Shown: positions 8,662 through 13,226 of the stretch, piece after piece
Layout: each line of letters starts with the position of its first letter
How positions within the stretch are numbered: the first letter of the stretch is position 1
Assembly (NCBI RefSeq): GCF_006345805.1
Contig: NW_021826322.1
Span: 1-13,226, forward strand
Reading direction: 5' to 3'
Length of the DNA stretch: 13,226 nucleotides
DNA from: Octopus sinensis
Taxonomy: Eukaryota
The notes under the pieces: generated by a model
The model's database searches: none
What the model was told of the DNA's origin: nothing
What the model saw: the letters and a program-made list of their open reading frames with translations, nothing else
Program-made: the position numbers and the translations under genes

Positions 8662-9625
8662 CACAACCATCTCCTGTTCCTAGATGGCGAAGGCAAATCC
8701 TTTGAAGTCGAATGTAATGTAGCTATCAGAGGCCAAGGAAAGACAACTTTTCCTGTCAATGCTGTTGCTTTCCTTAGCTTATGGGATATGTAGTCATGTA
8801 TTGCTTTTTGCTGGTATGCTGCTTGCTTCTTCTCCAAGCTTCTGATTAGGTAGCTTAGTGTTATGTCACGCATTATAACGATATACTTTGTCGTCTGCGT
8901 GACTGGCTCCAACGGCGTACTTCGCCGGCTGACTCCACTCGTTTTGTCTGTCCTCTATTTATTTGTGATGGCGAGCTGGCAAAAACGTTAGCACGCCGGG
9001 CGAAATGCGTAACCGTATTTCGTCTGTCGTTACGTTGTGAGTTCAAATTCCGCCGAGGTCGACTTTGCCTTTCATCCTTTCGGGATCGATAAATAAAGTA
9101 CCAGTTTCCCACTGGGGTCGATGTAATCGACTTAATCCCTTTGTTTGTCTCCTCTATGTTTAGCCTCTTGTGGGCAGTAAAGAACTATATTTATTTGTGG
9201 TGGAACAGCGCACTTCTCTCACTCGGAGTGCCCTCCACAACAGATAGCTAGCTTCATTTGGATCGTATGAGACAGTTGTATTCTCAGAGTACTTGTTTAG
9301 TACTTCCCGAACTCCGGAAATGTTCTAGATCTCACTTTAGAGTATGCATGGAATGTACTCATATATTTCTTTACTGTTCAACAGGTTTCCCCTGAGTGAT
9401 ACAAAGCGACATTCAATGACTGTTTGGCCCAACCTCATGGATCTTATTGTGTTGCTATTGATGCGGAAGTTACCAGTGCTGGTCAATTTTTTTTTACATT
9501 TGATGACGAGGATGCGGATCTCGTCTAGTATCCAGTTCAATATCCCAAATGTTGGTACTGCAAAAGTATTATGAGATATGGTCCTGTTAAATGCAGGCAG
9601 CTCTGATTTCCATATTTTCCAGAGC
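8662..9625 (-). pseudogene. Relic of an R4/Dong-like (restriction-like endonuclease clade) non-LTR retrotransposon ORF, RT thumb region to pre-zinc-finger region; split by a SINE
   Basis: Minus-strand IWKSELPAFNRTISHNTFAVPTFGILNWILDEIR...KKLTSTGNFRINS and ECRFVSLR; beyond the SINE, QQKAIHDYISHKL, then after a frameshift IDRKSCLS...YITFDFKGFAFAI*EQE. The order matches my recollection of R4/Dong ORFs (N.FAVP..FGI..W, K.LHG, EG...AIQEQ). Confidence 0.7.
8968..9187 (+). mobile_element. SINE (family C) with a perfect 12-bp target-site duplication
   Basis: tatttatttgtg at 8956-8967 and 9188-9199; homologous to 6598-6830. Confidence 0.92.
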
Positions 9626-9899
9626 CACATATGTATGCATGTATCTACGTAGGCATATATATGTATGTATGCATCTATGTATACAGAACCAAAGAGAGAC
9701 AGACAGATAGACAAAAAGAAAGTAAAAGACAGGTAGACAAGGGTATCATCTATGAATATAAAGTCTATGGTTAATTGAATATCAAAGATAAAAGCTATTG
9801 CAGATTAATTATTGTATATAATTAAGAAAAATCTATAATCATTTCTGTTAGTATTAGAATATAAAATGTATATTTTCTGAAATTGAATGATTTGTTATT

Positions 9900-10430
9900 T
9901 CTGTGCAGCTAATTTAGTTCCTATTACAATAAAAGAAAAGCAATTGAAAGGGATTATTGAAGAAGAATTGGCAGCAAATATAGATGCAATGAGTGCATAT
10001 GTTTTTATGATATGTTTGTAAAAGGAATAATAAATGTTAAGAACATACGTGTGTGTTGGTGCTGTTGCCGTTAAACTTCAAAGAAACGAGCAATTGTAGA
10101 TTAATGGCTGAGGTATTTCATTGAGGAATATGAAATACAAACATTAATTTATGTTGGTATAATAAGGAGAAAAATTATATATTAACTCTGATTGTTGTAA
10201 AAAATTAGTTTGTATTATAAGGAAATAAAACCCGAGTTTTATGGGAGGAAAATAATAGCTAAATACAGGTTTCATAGGTACGACCATCATGATAAAAGTA
10301 TATTTAATGCAATTGAATAAATAATGGTTAGTAATAATATGTTAGTAACTATGGATATAAAAAAATAAGGAAGGGGAATTAGAAGCAAATATAGGTCTGT
10401 TGCGTACGAACTTTTTAGTATTGTATTGGT
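9900..10430 (+). pseudogene. Possible highly decayed L1/Tx1-type RT N-terminal relic
   Basis: Scattered collinear peptides in different frames: IIEEELAANIDAM, NYILTL, TGFIGTTIM, LVTMDIKK, SVAYELFSIVL, loosely echoing ITEEEL..AI, NWRPITL, QTGF..GR, L..D.EKAFD.V.W.FL. Weak. Confidence 0.35.
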
Positions 10431-10547
10431 CGAGGATATATATATATATATAGTTTTTCTATTTGGTTAAATACATAAGTAAATGAGTGAAAATAGAACC
10501 GGTGTGTTAAATAATAAGTACGAAAAGAGAATGGCTCTCCCCAGATG

Positions 10548-10598
<51 letters not shown>

Positions 10599-11406
10599 AT
10601 ATTTCGGAATGGTCATATTGCAGTTTAGCCAATAAAACACACACGCACTATATATTTGGTGTTATTTTGCTTCAGTGATATTATTTTTTTACATTAATCT
10701 CAATCTTATTTCGACCAAAGTTCTTCGTCACACTCTGTGACCGCATCAGTGGTCCTTTGTTTTGTTCTCACCTATTTTTGTCATTCCTTACTAACGTCAG
10801 CCATTTTGTATTTCTATTGTATGTCTTCATTGCGCATGCTTATATCTCTATGTGCGTCTATGTTTATTTAGTGTGTGTGTGTGGGGGGGATGCCTGAATA
10901 TTGTATCTTCTGTTTATATACATTCTTGTAAGTTGTATTTTGTTTTTGTTGTTGTTGCTTTTGTTCTAATTTTGTTCATGTGCTTACATCCACCCATTAT
11001 TATCATCACATATGCTTGTATGTATGTATAACAACAATATTAGTAATAGAATAATAATCTAATCGAAAAAAAAAAAAAAAAATATAGATATATATATATA
11101 TATATATATACCTACATACATATCACACACACATATACACATATACATATATATATATACCATACATGATATATATACATATATATATTATTCATTTCTA
11201 TTTCTATTTGTTTATTTATCTGTGTATTTATTATGTTTTCAGGATCCTCTATCGTCATATGTTGTGTGTGTGCTATTGCTCCATTCTAGTTTTTCTATTC
11301 AGGCTAGGTTTATTTTCTATTATATGTGTAGCTTCTGTAATTTGTCTAATGTTGCATCTGTTCTATGTGTGGACAATATCTTAATCTCTATGTTATTGAT
11401 TGATCC

Positions 11407-11574
11407 GAACAGGAACACAGGGGATCAATCAATAACATAGAGATTAAGATATTGTCCACACATAGAACAGATGCAACAATTAGACAAATTACAGAAGCTA
11501 CACATATAATAGAAAATAAACCTAGCCTGAATAGAAAACTAGAATGGAGCAATAGCACACACCACAACATATGA
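11407..11574 (+). pseudogene. C-terminal 55 codons of a PLE GIY-YIG endonuclease
   Basis: EQEHRGSINNIEIKILSTHRTDATIRQITEATHIIENKPSLNRKLEWSNSTHHNI*; R.I.EA..I....P.LN is the typical GIY-YIG C-terminal signature of Penelope ORFs. Confidence 0.8.
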
Positions 11575-12049
11575 CGATAGAGGATCCTGAAAACATAATA
11601 AATACACAGATAAATAAACAAATAGAAATAGAAATGAATAACTATATATATGTATATATATCTATGTATGTGTATATATTATATATGTATATGTGTATAT
11701 GTGTGTTTATATGTATGTATATATATTTTTTTTCGATTAGATTTATTATTATTATTACTAATATTGTTGTTATACATACATACAAGCATATGTGATGATA
11801 ATAATGGGTGGATGTAAACACATGAACAAAATTAGAACAAAAGCAACAACAACAAAAACAAAATACAACTTACAAGAATGTATATAAACAGAAGATACAA
11901 ATATTACAGGCATCCCCCCCAACACACACACTAAATAAACATAGACGCACATAGAGATATAAGCATGCGCAAATGAAGACATACAATAGAAATACAAAAT
12001 GGCTGACGGTTAGTAAGGAGAGACACAAATAGGTGAGAAGAAAACAAAG

Positions 12050-12090
12050 GACCACTGATGCGGTCACAGTGTGACGAAAGAACTTTGGCC
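12050..12090 (+). ncRNA. Variant minimal hammerhead-ribozyme-like motif in the PLE terminal repeat (mirror copy at 10713-10754, minus strand)
   Basis: gacca-CUGAUGCG-gucac(agu)gugac-GAAA-gaac-UU-uggcc (uggUc in the mirror copy). The core departs from canonical CUGANGA. Confidence 0.5.
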
Positions 12091-12285
12091 GAATAAGATT
12101 GAGATTAATGTAAAAAATAAATATCACTGAAGCAAAATAACCCAAATATATAGTGCGTGTGTTTTTTTTGCTAAACTGGCATTATGACCATTCCGAAATA
12201 TAACATATCTGTTTCAACACACGACTTCACATAAAAAATCTTGCACAACAAATTTAAACGTATATATATATATATATATTATATA

Positions 12286-12327
<42 letters not shown>

Positions 12328-12351
12328 TATATATATATATTTATATATATA

Positions 12352-12565
12352 TGTACACACAAACATATAGGGAGATTTCACAAAAAAAAACCAAAAAGAC
12401 GAAGACAGGTGTTGTAGAAAACAAACAGATGTATTAGTAAAACGCCCGGGAAGTGAAAAAGTCTTTAACGTTTCGAGCCTGCGCTCTTCCACAGAAAGTA
12501 ACAAAGAAATAAGGAGAGAAAATAAAGAATGTGTAGTGGCTAGCGATCTATCATGGCGAATATAT
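12352..12565 (-). mobile_element. 3' terminal fragment of a second PLE-like family between microsatellites
   Basis: Bounded by (TA)n and (ATGC/ATGT)n; the minus strand has a hammerhead-like motif cuuu-CUGUGGAA-gagc(gcag)gcuc-GAAACGU-U-aaag at 12462-12499; no ORF. Confidence 0.55.
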
Positions 12566-12569
12566 TTAT

Positions 12570-12705
12570 ATGCATGCATGCATGTATGTATGTATGTATG
12601 TATGTATGTATGTATGTATGTATGTATGTATGTGTGAATGTAAGTATACATATGTTTGCTGTTCTTAAAATTCGATTAGAGGTAATTCCGAAATTAACAA
12701 AACTA

Positions 12706-12745
<40 letters not shown>

Positions 12746-12792
12746 TGTACACACACACTCACACACACACACATACACACATATATATATAC
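12570..12792. repeat. (ATGC)n/(ATGT)n, (TA)n and (CA)n microsatellites with a short unique spacer
   Basis: Read directly. Confidence 0.9.
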
Positions 12793-13133
12793 ATTCTAAA
12801 ATATATTTTCCAACTAAATGTGGTGTTCCTGTTGGTTTTAGCCGCACGAAATCATCTCCTTGAGCTGGCCAACGACATACTGTTTCTGATTAGTATTTGC
12901 GTGGGAGGTCATCGTTCTCATCTCTAACCTTACGTGATACACACAGACCCGGGTTTCTGCGTATCTCACACAAGGTTAGAGATGGCGGCGATGACCACCT
13001 TCACAAATACTAATCTGACACAGACGATGTGTCGTTGGCCAGCTGGAGTAGTTGTCTTCCTGTGGACAAAAACAACAGTAACACCGTCCTCTATAGGACC
13101 ACCACATTTAATTAGCAAATGTATTTTACGAAT
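12793..13133. mobile_element. ~340-bp imperfect full-length palindrome (fold-back MITE), unclassified
   Basis: Centred on ccc/ggg at 12950/12951. Paired blocks include catctctaacctt/aaggttagagatg, gattagtatttg/caaatactaatc, agctggccaacgaca/tgtcgttggccagct and taaatgtggtg/caccacattta. Confidence 0.8.
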
Positions 13134-13226
13134 CTGTGCTGCTACTGTTTATCTGTCGCTCAGAGATTTAATATAACTTATCTCTCTTTTTAGATATATT
13201 CTTTTGTCCTTTCACTTGTTTCAGTC

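Larger units (their letters stand above)
10595..12260. mobile_element. Penelope-like element (PLE) as a large inverted repeat: 5'-truncated + strand copy (11407-~12260) preceded by an inverted copy (10595-11406), in a (TA)n array
   Basis: 10595-11406 is the reverse complement of 11422-12205; spacer 11407-11421; GIY-YIG C-terminal frame and hammerhead-like motif in each arm; (TA)n on both outer sides; ~55-nt extension on the right arm only. Confidence 0.85.

Noticed and set aside
8683-8790. + strand DGEGKSFEVECNVAIRGQGKTTFPVNAVAF after a ctag acceptor, reminiscent of Bub3/Rae1 YPVNAIAF
   Set aside because: No good donor, a stop follows, and the opposite strand is better explained as the R4/Dong-like relic.
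11407-11421. Palindrome centre as a missed sequencing adapter
   Set aside because: The spacer is not adapter-like, continues the GIY-YIG frame, and the mirror symmetry stops at the element end; artefact is unlikely but needs read-level confirmation.
11166-13176. ORF-track entries over the palindrome arms, TA/ATGT repeats and fold-back MITE
   Set aside because: Antisense readings of the PLE 3' region or microsatellite translations (YIYI, VCVC, HTYI).

Overview
Eukaryotic, gene-free, repeat-saturated DNA. The repeat families (tRNA-derived SINEs with central TA/TG tracts, Penelope-like ends in TA arrays, dense AAT/GAT/TA microsatellites) look to me like an octopus (coleoid cephalopod) genome; this is recognition, not a database result. 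No intact host gene is supportable, and almost all ORF-track entries are microsatellite or SINE artefacts. Main observations: (1) a 2.29-kb insertion (1912-4199) that splits a SINE tRNA head with a 15-bp target-site duplication and encodes only a decayed gag/ORF1-like protein (RRM-like region plus CCHC knuckle), with no reverse transcriptase, an apparent 5'-UTR intron and a G-U-rich hairpin; (2) a ~1.65-kb Penelope-like palindrome (~800-bp arms, 15-nt spacer) carrying a GIY-YIG C-terminus and variant hammerhead-like motifs; (3) an R4/Dong-like RT relic split by a SINE; (4) mariner-like, piggyBac-like and fully fold-back MITEs.
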